Assembly (NCBI RefSeq): GCF_006345805.1
Contig: NC_043004.1
Location: 2,170,001-2,234,000, forward strand
DNA length: 64,000 bases
From: Octopus sinensis
Lineage: Eukaryota
Direction of reading: 5' to 3'
Below are positions 50,822-64,000 of the stretch, in pieces. The notes below the pieces were generated by a model. It was not told the DNA's origin, did not search any database, and saw nothing but the letters and a program-made list of their open reading frames with translations. Both the position numbers and the translations under genes were made by a program. Every line of letters begins with the position of its first letter. Position 1 is the first letter of the stretch.

Positions 50822-53585
50822 CTCTACATGGTGTCTCAGTCCGCTAGAAATAGCATCTAAATGTCCCCTCATAGGTTACTTTCTGCACATGAACAGGATA
50901 CATTGTACAATGTTTTACTTGGTTTACTGAAGGACAAGATGGCCATGGCTGGGAGGCATTTCATCATGTCTCTCTCTGCTCTGCTTCGTCAGACTTCCGC
51001 CTAAAGAATAATAATATTGCCATCAACAACCACAACAACAATATTAGCCTTATCATTAGTTGACATCTTCATGAATATTGTCGCAATCGTCGTCATCTTC
51101 ATTATGGTCGCACTCATCATTATCATGATCGTCATCGCTGCCATCGTAACCTTCTTCGTCGTCCGCAGGGGTGTCGGCGTCATCGCTATCATCATCATTG
51201 TCATCGTCGTCGTCGTCGTCGTCATCATCATCATCATCATCATCGTCACCATCCTCATGGCTGGAATAGCTGGATTATATCTCTATTCGATTAACGTTGA
51301 TCTCGATCTAAAGAATCACAACTGACCTTCATATGCTGACTGTATCACAACTAACACTGAAGGAGCACACACACACACACACATTAACACACCGCTAAAT
51401 CAATCCTTTAAGCACTGTTACAATTAACATATTACAAAAGCTCTACCAACACCGTCATTAATTAACAGAATCTCTAACGTAATATTAGTCTCAATAAAAC
51501 GGCACATGACACCCTATACTCTAGATTTCATAAATGCAGATAAAGGCTGATTGTAAAACTCTACTATTTATTGACCACCAAGTCTTTGGTAGTTAAGGGG
51601 AAAAAAACTGACCGATACGTTTTTTATTTTCTCAAAAACCATCAAGGTAACTTACCTCTATAAGGAAGATTTGTCTTAAATTTAGTGCCTCAGAATTAAG
51701 AGAAGCAGCTATGAGAAGACTTGAGACGAAACACACGTCGGTCAGTCCCTTAACTCTTAGCTACCAAAATTACTTGTTCTTAATATAATTTTACGACATA
51801 CACTAAATAGACGTTCGTGAGACATGTCGTTAATGATTTCGTCAAGACATGTATGTCAGTCATTAACGAATATATCGAACTCAATGGCAAAAGCTCTATA
51901 CTGAATATAAAGCATAAGAAATAAATGAATTTGCGTTTGCTTTCGATAATTCGAGTTACTTATTGGCTGTCATTTAATTTGAGATAATAACCGACTTGAA
52001 ATCGTGTTAGGGGTGGAAATTTTCCGGTTAATTCACATAAAATTCTCTGTAAGAATTAACAGCTGGCAGTGGTAACGTTGTTTTCATTCATTGTATTCAA
52101 CAGAAAGCCACATGCAGGTCTTAAAGCACCATAAGGGTGGGGGTGGGGGTGTCTTGGATCTCCCGATTACAAGCTAAGGAAACAACGATTATAAATGACG
52201 TTCTTTCCAATTCCTTTATAATTTACTTTAATCACGAACTGGAGAGGATGTTTCTACATGGTCAGACAATACGCTGCAACTTGCAGCTAATTCCTTCAAA
52301 TCACGAACCACAATCTTAAAGAGGAAAATCAAGAGATGTACAGAAATACAGTATGAATATTCTAGAATGTCTTTGATCATGGGTGCTCAATTAGGATTGA
52401 TTCGGGTCTAATTAACAACAACAACTACAACAACTCAAGCTAAAATGGAGTACTTGATATGTAAAACCATTCGCCAATTATAATCTATAGCAGGACGCGA
52501 ACCATTGACCTTTGGCTAATACTGCTACGAATTCCATATGAGTCAACAAGAAAGTATCTACGTGGTTGCTCTTCTGCTAAAAAGAGCAACCTAAAAATCT
52601 CCCAAATCTCACCCTGCCATCTCAAGAAAGTATAATCGAATTGAATCTAAAACATGACACAGTTCGATCCATACTTATACTAAGATTAAACACTACCACC
52701 CCTGCAGCCATTGCCTCCACCCATATTAACAACAACAAGATGCCATTGTTTCAGCTGTCTTGCATCTTGAAATGCTTTCTGTTCTTCTGCCTAAAAATAT
52801 CTCACACCCATTTGGTTATTTTATTATTCCTATGAGCACAAAATGTAAACAACGTATGGTAGAGTGAGTCTGTTAATATTTCAACAGACCAGTCGATGTT
52901 TGCAAACTCTCTCTTTGTTGTTTTAAGAGAAGAGATACAAAACCATGACACGTCTATCTAATCAAGAAAAACTGTCAACCTTCATTGCTACATCTAGATA
53001 GCATAAGCATCCACTTTGATAAGACGAGGCTTATTAATCACGTTGTTTCCAGTTACATAATTAAACATCAGAAACAGTTTTCATTTAAGCATGTATATTG
53101 TCCGAGAGGTTAACATTGATTCTCTCAAGATAGTCCGCTTCACGAAACATTATGGCGCGAGTAGAGACAATGCTTTTAATGTGAATAAAATGCGTTGAGG
53201 TACCACATGAGAAAATGATGTAGTTTGTCATTTTCTGTCCTGCAGGCAAGAGTCCTGCTGCTTCACTGAACAAACTAATAACAGTTTACATCGGATGAAA
53301 CTTTTACAACTCACCACCATCGCCGTCCCTCTACTTCTGCATCTCACACATGCACAGTCTCTAAAGTTTAATTTTTCTCTGTATTTAACTCAAAGCAACC
53401 TGTTTTATATTTCTTCTATAATTATTATTACGTTTTAATTTCCTTTAAAGAGACAGCCTATAGTTGTTACTCTTTAATGTGAATAATCTGCCTTAAGACA
53501 GAAAGACCCGATATCAGGTTTTCTAATGTTTAGATACGAGCTCTCAATAATGAATTTTAACTTCGTCATATTGGTTTCAAATTTT

Positions 53586-55140
53586 AGCATAGGGCTAGCA
53601 TTTCAGTAGAGGTGATAAGTTAATTACATCGACCCCTATACACAAATGGTATACATTTTATTGACACAGAAAAGAATCCAAAGGCAAAGTCGACCACGGC
53701 GGAATTTGAAATCAGAACGTAAAGACGGATGAAATGCCGCTAAGCATTTAGCCCGGCTTGCTAAGGATTCTGCCAGCTCACCACCTTTTTAACTTTATTA
53801 TATTCAAACAACAATATAAACACTTTGATATGTTTATGACACCGGTTTGTAGAAGCCAGTTTAGTCTTCACATCACACTATGTCGCACAATCAGAAACTG
53901 AAGTCTCCTCCGAGAGACTAAGATATCTTTAAATATAAAATATCACTAATTTGAAGCTGAAAAGCAAGCGTTTGTATGTAGCTCCATACACGCACACGTA
54001 TACTGGCAGAGGTATACATGCACACACATACACATATATGTACATTATTTAAATATATGTGCTCTTTTTTATAAACACACACCCTCAAAATCACATATAT
54101 ACATACGCACACCTCATATGTGTGTACTTGCATGCTTCATATGCTCGAATATGCGGTCAGTCCATTGTGCCAGATCTGAGCAATGCATATCTATTTCTTT
54201 GAAAGAAAACATAATTAGTTAACCCTTAGAAGACAAAGCAACATCACATAATATATCTCTACACCTGTTTCAAAAGCAATTGCTTATCGGTATTACAAAG
54301 ACTGACTTGATCTTGGAAATAACAGGCAGTATTCTTTTTTTCTACTCTAGGCACAAGACCCGAAATTTTAGTGGAGGGAACAAGTCGATTATATCAACCC
54401 CAGTTCGCAACTGATACTTAATTTATCGAAAATGAAAGGATGAAAGGCAAAGTCGACCTCGGCGTATTTGAACTCAGAACGTAAAGACAGACGAAATACC
54501 GCTAAGCTTTTCGCCCGGCGTGCTAACGTTTCTTATTTCTTTATTGCCCACAAGGGGCTAAACATAGAGGGGACACACAAAGGGATTAAGTCGATTACAT
54601 TGACCCCTGTGCGTAACTGGTACGTAATTTATCGACCCCGAAAGGATGAAAGGCAAAGTCGACCTCGGCGGAATTTGAACTCAGAATGTAATGGCAGACG
54701 AAATACTGCAAAGCATTTCGTCCGGCGTGCTAACGATTCGGCCAGTTCGCCGCCTTATAACAGACAGTATTTGTAGAGGCATATGTAATTGTTGAGTAAA
54801 TCATCTCTAATGAAAATTTACGTGTTGCTCAGAAATTCGTAACATTCCACTCTACTGTGAATACCAACCTCTATGCAAAAACAACCTAAGAATGCTTTAT
54901 AACATTCTTATGAAAGGTTGATCGTCGAGATGGCAGAATCGTTAGTATGCCGGACAAAACGCTTAGCGACATTTCGTCCGTCTTTACGCTCTGATTCCAA
55001 ATTCTGTGAACGTGAACTTTGCAACTGTTTCTTTCATTCTTTCGGGGTCGATATAATAATGTCAGTTGTACACTGAGGTTGATGTAATCGATTTAAGCCC
55101 TCTTCCGAAATTGCTGGCCTTGTGCCAAATTTTGAATCCA
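53586..55140. mobile_element. Cluster of SINE-A copies (53586-53786 -, 54335-54757 - dimer, 54920-55140 +)
   Basis: Each matches the SINE-A head, B box and body. Confidence 0.85.
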
Positions 55141-56621
55141 ATATTTCTATTGAAGCTGTTCTAACAATTCACTTTAATCTCTTAATCTCCTACGTACAAC
55201 ACTATATGACATGTAAAGTGGAGTTTGTAAAAATGAACAATAAAGCCAACGTATCAGGAGGCATTAATAACGTAGAACTGGAAAATCGGGCACGTGAGTA
55301 CAAACAAACAAACAAACAAAGCCTATACACGCATACTTGTCAAGTAAATATTTTCTGCCTCTTGCTATGAAGATAGGTTACTGTGTTCCGTGTAAACTTT
55401 CTCGGAAGTCACTTTTTCGGCCCTTTTCTTGACAATCGGCCAACTGAGAAACTGCCAAAATCCCATTTGATTGTTTGATGTCAGTTTTATTATAAAAGTG
55501 ATTAGCATTGCTCTAATGTCATAAGCTCACGCGCCAGCATTGAACTAATATTGAATAATAAAGAAATGAAAAATAAGAATTAATAAAATAAAGAAACAAA
55601 AACAAGAGATTTACGAGAGGAACAAAAGACACAACAATCTACTAATCTATTTAATACTTACACAATTTAGATATTTACTTGTAATTCAACACTTGATTTC
55701 AAGTTCTATTTCCTTATTCTCCCGTGGAACATCTCACAGGTTCTTTAGAATCAATAAAATGGTAATAATGATAGAATAGCTGTGTTGTTAGAAGAGAATT
55801 TTAAAATCAGAGAATGTATGTCAAAATACTGAACCAAAATAGGAAGGGAGAAATATTCGTCAGCTTTGATGCTTCCGTGACCAAATACCAACTGCTGAGT
55901 TCTTACATTTCTACAAACTTCGTTAGAAGAAGGAAATCGATAACCGGTGAAAGAAGAATTCAGATCCTTTCCTTCTCCATTCGAATAATTTAACATAAAA
56001 TTCTTTATGCTACACACTTTATTATTTATCTAAATTCATGCTTACATTTGACCACTTGGAGTATTCACAACATCCCATTTTATCCTTTTAAATTATGCAA
56101 ATTACAAGTGGAAAATATTCTTTGTAACTCTTTCCACGTGTAAATCATTGGGTGATCCACAGGTTTACGTTGAAAAAATTTGTTTCTACTGATAATGTCC
56201 AATAAAACTGGAACATATCGGAAGCTGTTTCCTTACCAGCAAAGAAACATCGGGTTTCCCTTCGTACAACTTTTTACGTAACTGTGCAATGGTGACAACC
56301 GGTCAATAGTTACTATCGTACCAACACGGTTGATGCTCAGAACAAATATGTATACAGACTCACAACTATAATTAAGACAAAAATTGGGGGCAATGACTGG
56401 TGTACTTAGTATAATGAACCACCACCTCCTCTGTGAAAAATTATCAGTAAATTAAATCTGGACATGAAATGAAGAGGAAGTTTTTAATCTTAATGATACT
56501 ACATCTCATGCAAGGGAAGCGAGTTAATTCTGATATCTATGTTCATAAAAAAATTGAATATGATGATAACGAGCAGCTGGGAGAAGGAGCTGTGTTTCAT
56601 CTTCGGCACGTAAGATAACAA

Positions 56622-56657
56622 CATTGGACATGTTTGGGTCTAATTAGACCTCATCAG
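56622..56657 (-). ncRNA. Degenerate hammerhead relic
   Basis: CTGATGA-GGTCT/AATT/AGACC-CAAAC-ATGT-C. G12 is changed to C and stem I does not pair. Stem II is perfect and stem III ACATGT is palindromic. Confidence 0.45.
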
Positions 56658-56879
56658 TGAAGCATGGATTTCAATAAAATTTGACATTTGACATAGAAAG
56701 GAATTTTGGTAGCATAGGAAAAGGCTAAACCTCAATGATTCCATTGCTATAAAAAAACAATCGTCATGGTTTGCGAGCCTTTCCTTAATACACTTAACAC
56801 AGTTCAAATGAACACTAAAGGCTGATAAGGTTCAACGTTAGATTTTAATATCAACCAATCAGTATTCACATATATATAT

Positions 56880-57122
56880 CACGTGATCATGTGACCGACC
56901 AGACTATCGGATATTGTTGCACATAGCTTTGTATTATTGTAGCCTTTGGATGACGCCACCCCGCTAGTTAGGTGGGCAGGCCAACATGCCCCACTGATCG
57001 GAACAGAGACTGGAGCAACTTTAAATGAAGTGTTTTGCTCCAGAATACAATGCGCCGCCCTGTCTGGGAATTGAACTAAAGATCTAGCGACTGGGAGCGC
57101 AACAAACTAACCACTAGGCCAT
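56880..57122 (-). mobile_element. tRNA-derived SINE (family C)
   Basis: Minus-strand head atggcctagtggttag..cagtcgctagatc..agttcaattccc. Body matches 596-737. Confidence 0.7.
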
Positions 57123-57156
57123 GAGCATTCGCACACACACACACACAAACACACAC

Positions 57157-57203
<47 letters not shown>

Positions 57204-57242
57204 TACATATATATACACACATATATATATGTACGTATATAT

Positions 57243-57300
<58 letters not shown>

Positions 57301-57351
57301 TACGTATATATATTTATAACAATTTATTATTTTGTTTTCCATGTCATATAT

Positions 57352-57426
<75 letters not shown>

Positions 57427-57962
57427 TATCGTGTCTGGGCAGAATGATACTCTTTTATATATACCTCAACACACGAACATTCATCATCATGCATTATTCA
57501 TCCAACATTAGTCAACCAACATTATCCATTCACTCTTTTGCCTGCAAATGTAACCAAATCCAAAAACGAAATGTGTGTTTGTGTGTGCGTGTGTGTGTAA
57601 TACATGTATACTGCAAGTAGTGGAAAGCTTGAATAGATTGCATTTTTAGTTGTCACTATACTGAGATAAATAGAATGAAATCACGACACAGCACAAAGAA
57701 GACCACAACATACTTTACTAAACGAATTGGTGAACTGCGTAAAAAATGAATGACCATCAACCAAGCCTAGAAATAGAAAATGACCTCCATTAAAATTTTT
57801 GTGTTTAGCATTAGTGATTCCCTCTGCAGCCCTTGCAATTAGCTGTCTCTTTCAGATGTTTTGTCTTCGCTTTTCCTCCAACCCAGGGAAATTCGGCAGA
57901 AAAAAATATCTCAGAAACCTTACAAAGTGGCTTGAATTAGCTCTGGCTATAATTATTATATT

Positions 57963-58564
57963 TATTTCTTTACTGCCCACAGGGGCTGGCTAAACATAGA
58001 GGGGACAAACAAGGACAGACAAAAGGATTAAGTCGATTACATCGACCCCAGTGCCTAACTGGTACTTATGTAATCGACCCCGAAAGGATGAAAGGTAAAG
58101 TTGACATCGGCGAAATTTGAACTCAGAACATAACGGCTGATGAAATACCTATTTCTTTACTACCCATAAGGGGCTAAACACAGAGAGGACAAACAAGGAC
58201 AGATACGCGGATTAAGTCAATTATATCGACTCCAGTGCGTAACTGGTACTTGTTTAATCAACCCCGAAAGGATGAAAAGCAAAGTTGACCTCGGCGGAAT
58301 TTGAACTCAGAACGTAAAGACAGATGAAATACCTATTTCTTTATTACCCACAAGGGGCTAAACATAGAGGGGACAAACATGGACAGACATAGGTATTAAG
58401 TCGATTATATCGACCCCAGTGCTTAACTGGTACTTAATTTATCGACCCCGAAAGGATGAAAGGCAAAGTCGACCTCGGCGGAATTTGAACTCACAACGTA
58501 ACGGCAGCTGAAATACCGCTAAGCATATCGCCCGGCGTGCTAACGTTTCTGCCAGCTCGCCGCC
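57963..58564 (-). mobile_element. SINE-A with one head and three tandem body units, 10-bp TSD
   Basis: Units start near 57963, 58150 and 58333. TSD ttattatatt at 57953-57962 and 58565-58574. Confidence 0.85.
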
Positions 58565-59504
58565 TTATTATATTGACCTTATAGCGGTTCCGTCGTTGGG
58601 TCATTTTTCGCTGAAGTGCAATGCTGCTCCAACGACAACACGCAGGTTTACTGAATGGGTACATTTGCAAGTAAAAGAGTGAATGGATAATGTTGGTTGA
58701 CTAATGTTGGATGAATAATGCATGATGACTAATGTTCAATGAATATTAACCCAGTTTACTTTCATTTCTTTTATTCCGTTGTAAATACTTTTTTTCCTTC
58801 TTTCTTTGTCCAAAGAAATATGACGTTTCAATCATCGTGAAAAACTAAATGAAATAACAAATGGATATGGTGCAGATATTTAATTATAGTATTATTAATT
58901 ATTAACAACCTCAAGTTAATTAACAAACGAAATCAGGAATATAAAATTGCTTAACAAGTGCTGGGATTGAAACCAACGCAGGAAAACAAACGGAAAACAA
59001 ATAATGGAAATGATGAAATCGCTAATTATTGGACAAACAACATCAAATTGAATTTCCAGGAATCTTTCCCATTTACAGTTATTTCAGAAGAGTTTTTCTC
59101 CTAATTCTTGATAACAAGTACTCTCACTCCTCACTCTCTCTCCCTCTCCCTCTGACGCTTTCTCAACATTCTCTCTCTCTAAATACATACACACACATGC
59201 ATACACATACAGACACACAAAAATATATGTAAATATACGTGTATGCGTACATTATCCCCTCTCTCTATATATTATATATATATATATATAAACATATATC
59301 TATACATATGCATATAACACACACATGCACATACACAACCACGCACACACACACACACACTCATACACATATTCGCGTACTTCTCTCCCGTATTTTTTTA
59401 ATCTTAGTCTCTTTCAGCTCTTTTCTTTCACTCTATTTTTCTCTTTTTCTTTCCTTTTATCTAGCAGTATTCTTCTTTCTTTCTTTCATTCTTTCTTTCA
59501 TTTT

Positions 59505-59600
59505 AACTTCCTCTTCTTCTTTTCTTCTTCTTCTTCTTCTTCTTCTTCTTCTTCTTCTTCTTCTTCTTCTTCTTCTTCTTCTTCTCTTCTTCTTTCTTCA
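59505..59600. repeat. (CTT)n polypyrimidine tract
   Basis: Direct inspection. Confidence 0.95.
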
Positions 59601-59848
59601 CTTGCCTCACTCCCAATTTGTTCATCTCTCATATTCTCTGCTTTATCTCTAGTTTAAAACTTTTTGAATCTTTTCTCCTCGCCGTTCGCTTCGTATCTTA
59701 CTCGCAGACAAACCATTCTTACTTTTACCTTCCTCTGCTTGCACACTCATCCCCTTCCTCTCCTCTCCATCCTCTTTTCCCTCTCGCAAATTAAAAAATA
59801 AATAAATATATACACGTGTATATGTGAGTATGTGTATGTTTGCGTGAA

Positions 59849-59886
<38 letters not shown>

Positions 59887-60434
59887 TCCACTTCTCTCTC
59901 TGTATGCTGGCATATATGGCCATCTCTATTCGTTTTAGTTTTCCAAATTTGCATAAAATTTTCTCACATTCTCCCGCTTTTCTCTCCTGAGTTTTCCCTC
60001 CCTCTTCCCCTCTCTCTGCCGCTCTCCCTCTTTCTCTTCCTCGCTTTATAACTCAATGTATTATCTCGCCTTCAAAATGCTTAATTTCCTTGCCCCCCCC
60101 CCCACACCTATACACATTAATATGCGCTTACAATATTTTTAACGTCCACTGCGTTATTTCTCACGTACAAACATACAAACATGTATACCCTAATATATGG
60201 ATATATGTATGCCTTTGAACTCCATATATGGATTTATGCATATATTTATATGCTGTTTTTTTTTCTTTTTAATTAACAGTCTTCATAAAGCAAGAAAAAA
60301 AGCCGGCTTCCAACAAAATATTTGGATTATAAGAATGTTAAATTCTATACGTTAAACTTGAGAAACTTTTGAATATTTTTACTTTTCCGTTTACAAAAGA
60401 TATCTCTAAAATGTATGTTACTTGGTGTCCTTAC

Positions 60435-60487
60435 CTGAAAATCCCAGATTTTTCACATTTGTCCAGTCAAGTGTTTAATAGCGCGAA
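60435..60487 (-). other. Candidate 53-nt non-coding exon
   Basis: Minus strand: ggCTAACcatacatttttatttCAG|...TTTCAG|GTAAGG. Stops in all three frames. Confidence 0.3.
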
Positions 60488-62049
60488 CTGAAATAAAAAT
60501 GTATGGTTAGCCTTTTATGTAGTAGTTTAAGGGCAATTCACCCAGTTATTCTGTACCAGAAAGTAAGAATATTGAAGAGTTTTCAACACTAAATGATTCG
60601 CCTTTGAAACTAAGTGGCTTTACGTCGTCATCTCTAATGCAGTTTAGCATAAGTTTACCCTTTTCTCCTGCACTCACATGAACGCATGCGCATACATATA
60701 CACATTCGCACAAAGTGTGTTTATATGGGATTGGTGGTCTTACTACTGGGATATCACATTAACTTAATGACACAATAAAAAGCAGCAATATTAAACAAGA
60801 CTAGCCTTAGACAAGACACCCTGACTGTCTAATTATTGACTGACGGGGGATTATGGCCAGATGTGAAATCAGTTGTTGCTATTTGAGTATTGAAACTGTT
60901 TCTTGGCCTTCGAATCCCGAGAGACTATATTTTTTTCTATCACTAATACAGCCTCTTCAAATACAACTAATTCATGCCGCATGCACCATTGTTAATATAA
61001 TATTGTTTATATATTTATTTCACTATTGACTTTAATTATTATTTAAGCTAGTGCAAATGTTATTTTCGTCAATGCAAACACTGCTTTCCATTTTCCAACA
61101 AGTGCTCCTTGTTGTTCTACTGTTAAACAGAAAAGCTTAACGAAGAGATGTTTGTTTTTGTTTGTAATATGATTGCTAGATTAAACAGAATATTGAAAAT
61201 ATTCGTTAATAAGATTTCAGAATTAAAGTTTTCTAAACGGCAATTTCCAATCCTGTATTTTGAAAGACATAAATCCACAACTTTAGTCTTCCGAATGAAT
61301 GGAATTGTGTTATAGTAAATAATTTCTCAACAGGTTTATTTTTAGTTGAGATTAACAGATCGAAATATTGTGTAGTTAATATATCCGAGATCAAGAAATA
61401 TTCTGGAGCACAGAAAGAGAGAAAGAAGACAGACAGAGACACAGAGAGAAGACAGACAGAGAAAGAGAGACAGGGAGAGAGAGAAAGAGAGAGAGAGATC
61501 ACAATAAAAGTCATCTTAGAAAGTATAGGTAAGTCTAGAGATTTTAGAAAAGCGAAATGGATTCAAAATGGAACTGCAGCTATAGACAAAGTGGGGAGGG
61601 TATCTTTCTCTAGAAACAACAGCTCAACTTGTCCTCATTTATTTTTTGATTTTGTTTTATATGCTTTTAATTTAGTTTAAAGCTTTTTTTTCCTGTTGAG
61701 GGATGAAATGGATAACTATGATTTTTAAAATATTTTTCCCGATTTCATTAGCAGAAATATATTGGCATTTATCAGCATCACCTGGTACACCCACTTTATA
61801 TGTCTCGCGTCCAATTCTGCCTTCTATTGCCTTCTAAAAGATCCAGTTTGATTGTTCTCATACTTATACACACAAATTAATAATCGCTTAGAAATGTTCT
61901 ATTTCTCCTTCAGCAAATTCTTTCTTACAAACAGAAATGTTTACGTCAGAGAGGTGAAGTGTTTAATGTTGTTCAAGAAAATCTTAATGAAGTGAATAAG
62001 TATACACATAATCGGAGAAGGCGAGCAAGATACACCTAGTGGCTATTGT

Positions 62050-62810
62050 TAGCCAATCTCAAAGAAGAGGGGAGATGATTATTTTGAGAATTTAAATAAA
62101 TTACGAAGAAAATTGAACTTTTATGCTTCCAGGGAAAATTTGATTTTTATTAACCGACTTTTATAAGTACAAAAAAGATTTACCATGATTTTGGACAGTT
62201 GAATTTGCATAATTAAAAAAGTGAAGTAACATTAATAATTCAAGTGGGCCAATAGCATGAATTTGGATAATTCAAGTGGTGTATTAAATGATGTATACAA
62301 CAATTCTTAATGAATTGGAATTTGTCTGTTAGTTGGTGAAAGAAAACAACAAATATATAAAGACGATATTAACCATACTCTTTGTTTCAAGACATTATAA
62401 ATTATTTTCTCAATAACTGAATTTTCATCAAAACTTAGGTACATATATGATGTTTTTCAGTCAGAAATTTGACAGATACAGACATGTTTCGATTTTATTA
62501 AAGCCTCACCAGTAAAACATTTACTGAAAAGGGCTTTGATCATTGCAGAAAGATTTTACAAAGAAAGGCCTATTTTTCAAAGGATTTTCACTGCATAATT
62601 GTATAATTTAGAAACGGATATGAAATAAGGGAAATAACTTACGTTTGCCGATGTCAAATCATTAGAGAATGTAGTAAGTGGGATTTATTTCAACTAATCT
62701 CCTTCTCTGTCTAGAGACATTAACATTTTCCCTTCCGCACGTTACCAATAAAATTCCAGTTACTAAAGAAATGCATCAAATGCAATTGAATACGTTATAT
62801 CACGACCTTC
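62050..62810 (+). pseudogene. Possible highly decayed hAT transposase
   Basis: Microsatellite-free AT-rich block. Interrupted frames end with IFP..IPVT..AIE..SR, loosely like the hAT dimerisation motif FP..L..P.T....ER.FS. Confidence 0.25.
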
Positions 62811-62969
62811 ATAAATTTTCTATTACATGTCATGGGTCCCTTTGAGCTATTTCCCCAGCTCCCTTGATATATATATATATATAATTAAATAAGCGTAGAA
62901 ACTGATATTAATCAATAAAAACCAGTGGCCTAGCATTTTTTTTTTAAATCCGAAGATTAAAAATTTTTT

Positions 62970-63116
62970 TACATACAAAATTTGGAGGACTGACCACTAA
63001 AAATGGACATCCTTTATGCTAAATATGGTCATCTGTGCAAAATGGCGATTTTGACGTCTATATCTAGCAAAAAGGCTGTCCATTTTTAGTGGTCAGTCCT
63101 CTAAATTTTGTATGTA
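62970..63116. repeat. Fold-back element, 52-bp arms with 43-bp spacer
   Basis: 62970-63021 and 63065-63116 are reverse complements with 3 mismatches. Confidence 0.9.
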
Positions 63117-63120
63117 TGTA

Positions 63121-63154
<34 letters not shown>

Positions 63155-63158
63155 ATAT

Positions 63159-63193
<35 letters not shown>

Positions 63194-63257
63194 TATATAT
63201 GTATATATATATATATATGTATGTATATATGTATATATGCATACATGTATATATATG

Positions 63258-63289
<32 letters not shown>

Positions 63290-63353
63290 TTTATGTATGT
63301 ATATATGTATATATGTATACATGTATATATATGTATATATGTATATATATATG

Positions 63354-63385
<32 letters not shown>

Positions 63386-63484
63386 ATATATATATGTGTG
63401 TGTATATATATATGTATATTATATGTGTATATATATATATTTATGTATGCATATATGTATATATGTATATATATGCGTGTATAC

Positions 63485-63518
<34 letters not shown>

Positions 63519-63545
63519 ATATATATGTATGTATATATATGATTG

Positions 63546-63941
63546 CGTAGGCGTGGCTGTGTAGTAAGAAGCTTGCTTTCCATCCACATGGCCCCAGGTT
63601 GAGTCCACTGAGCAGCATCTTGGACAAGTGTCTTCTGCTACAGCCTCAGCCCTACAAAAGACTTCTGAGTGGATATGATAAATGGAAACTGAAACCCCCG
63701 TCGTATATATGTTTGTGTGTGTGTGTGAGTGTGTCTGTGTGTGTATGCGTGCGTGCATGTCTCCTCCACCATCACTTTACAACCGGTGTTGGTGTGTTTA
63801 CGTCCCAGTAACTTAGCGGTTCAGCCAAAGACAAACAAAGAATAAGTACTAGGCATTTAAAAAGTACTCGGTTTGATTCATTCGACTAAAACCCCCCGAA
63901 GCCCAAACAAGGCTGCAATGTGATTAACTGAAACAGATAAA

Positions 63942-63945
<4 letters not shown>
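63546..63945 (+). mobile_element. SINE-B copy (diverged)
   Basis: Colinear with 14048-14458. Confidence 0.8.
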
Positions 63946-63984
<39 letters not shown>

Positions 63985-64000
63985 ATATATCAACTTAGAT

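Overview
Eukaryotic, strongly AT-rich, non-coding-looking DNA packed with microsatellites ((TA)n, (CA)n, (TACA)n, (AAT)n, (GGT)n, (CTT)n), tRNA-derived SINEs and transposon debris. The SINE families and microsatellite load resemble an octopod cephalopod genome; this is an inference, not a database result. Almost every ORF in the supplied track is a translated microsatellite, and no host protein-coding gene can be called confidently. Recognisable decayed coding fragments are two DD37D Tc1/mariner transposases, two Penelope-like element (PLE) GIY-YIG fragments, an RTE LINE 3' end, an R4/Dong-like 3' end, a LINE ORF1 zinc knuckle and a possible hAT transposase. The main discovery is about ten hammerhead-ribozyme (HHR) motifs from roughly six unrelated repeat families. 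Five have an intact core (383-429 +, 4677-4711 +, 5878-5972 -, 6873-6967 +, 47529-47574 +). One is a candidate U3-A8 covariant core (5495-5548 +), and four are degenerate (4940-4993 -, 20424-20458 +, 30928-30973 -, 56622-56657 -). Most have palindromic stem III, the dimer-cleaving type known from PLEs. Two long inverted repeats carry one HHR per arm in divergent orientation. One family appears to link a PLE ORF 3' end, a tRNA-like Pol III A/B-box cassette, an (AAT)n spacer and an HHR. Other points of interest are a perfect RFX X-box with a candidate first exon, several near-perfect fold-back hairpins (possible ADAR substrates) and weak candidate exons.
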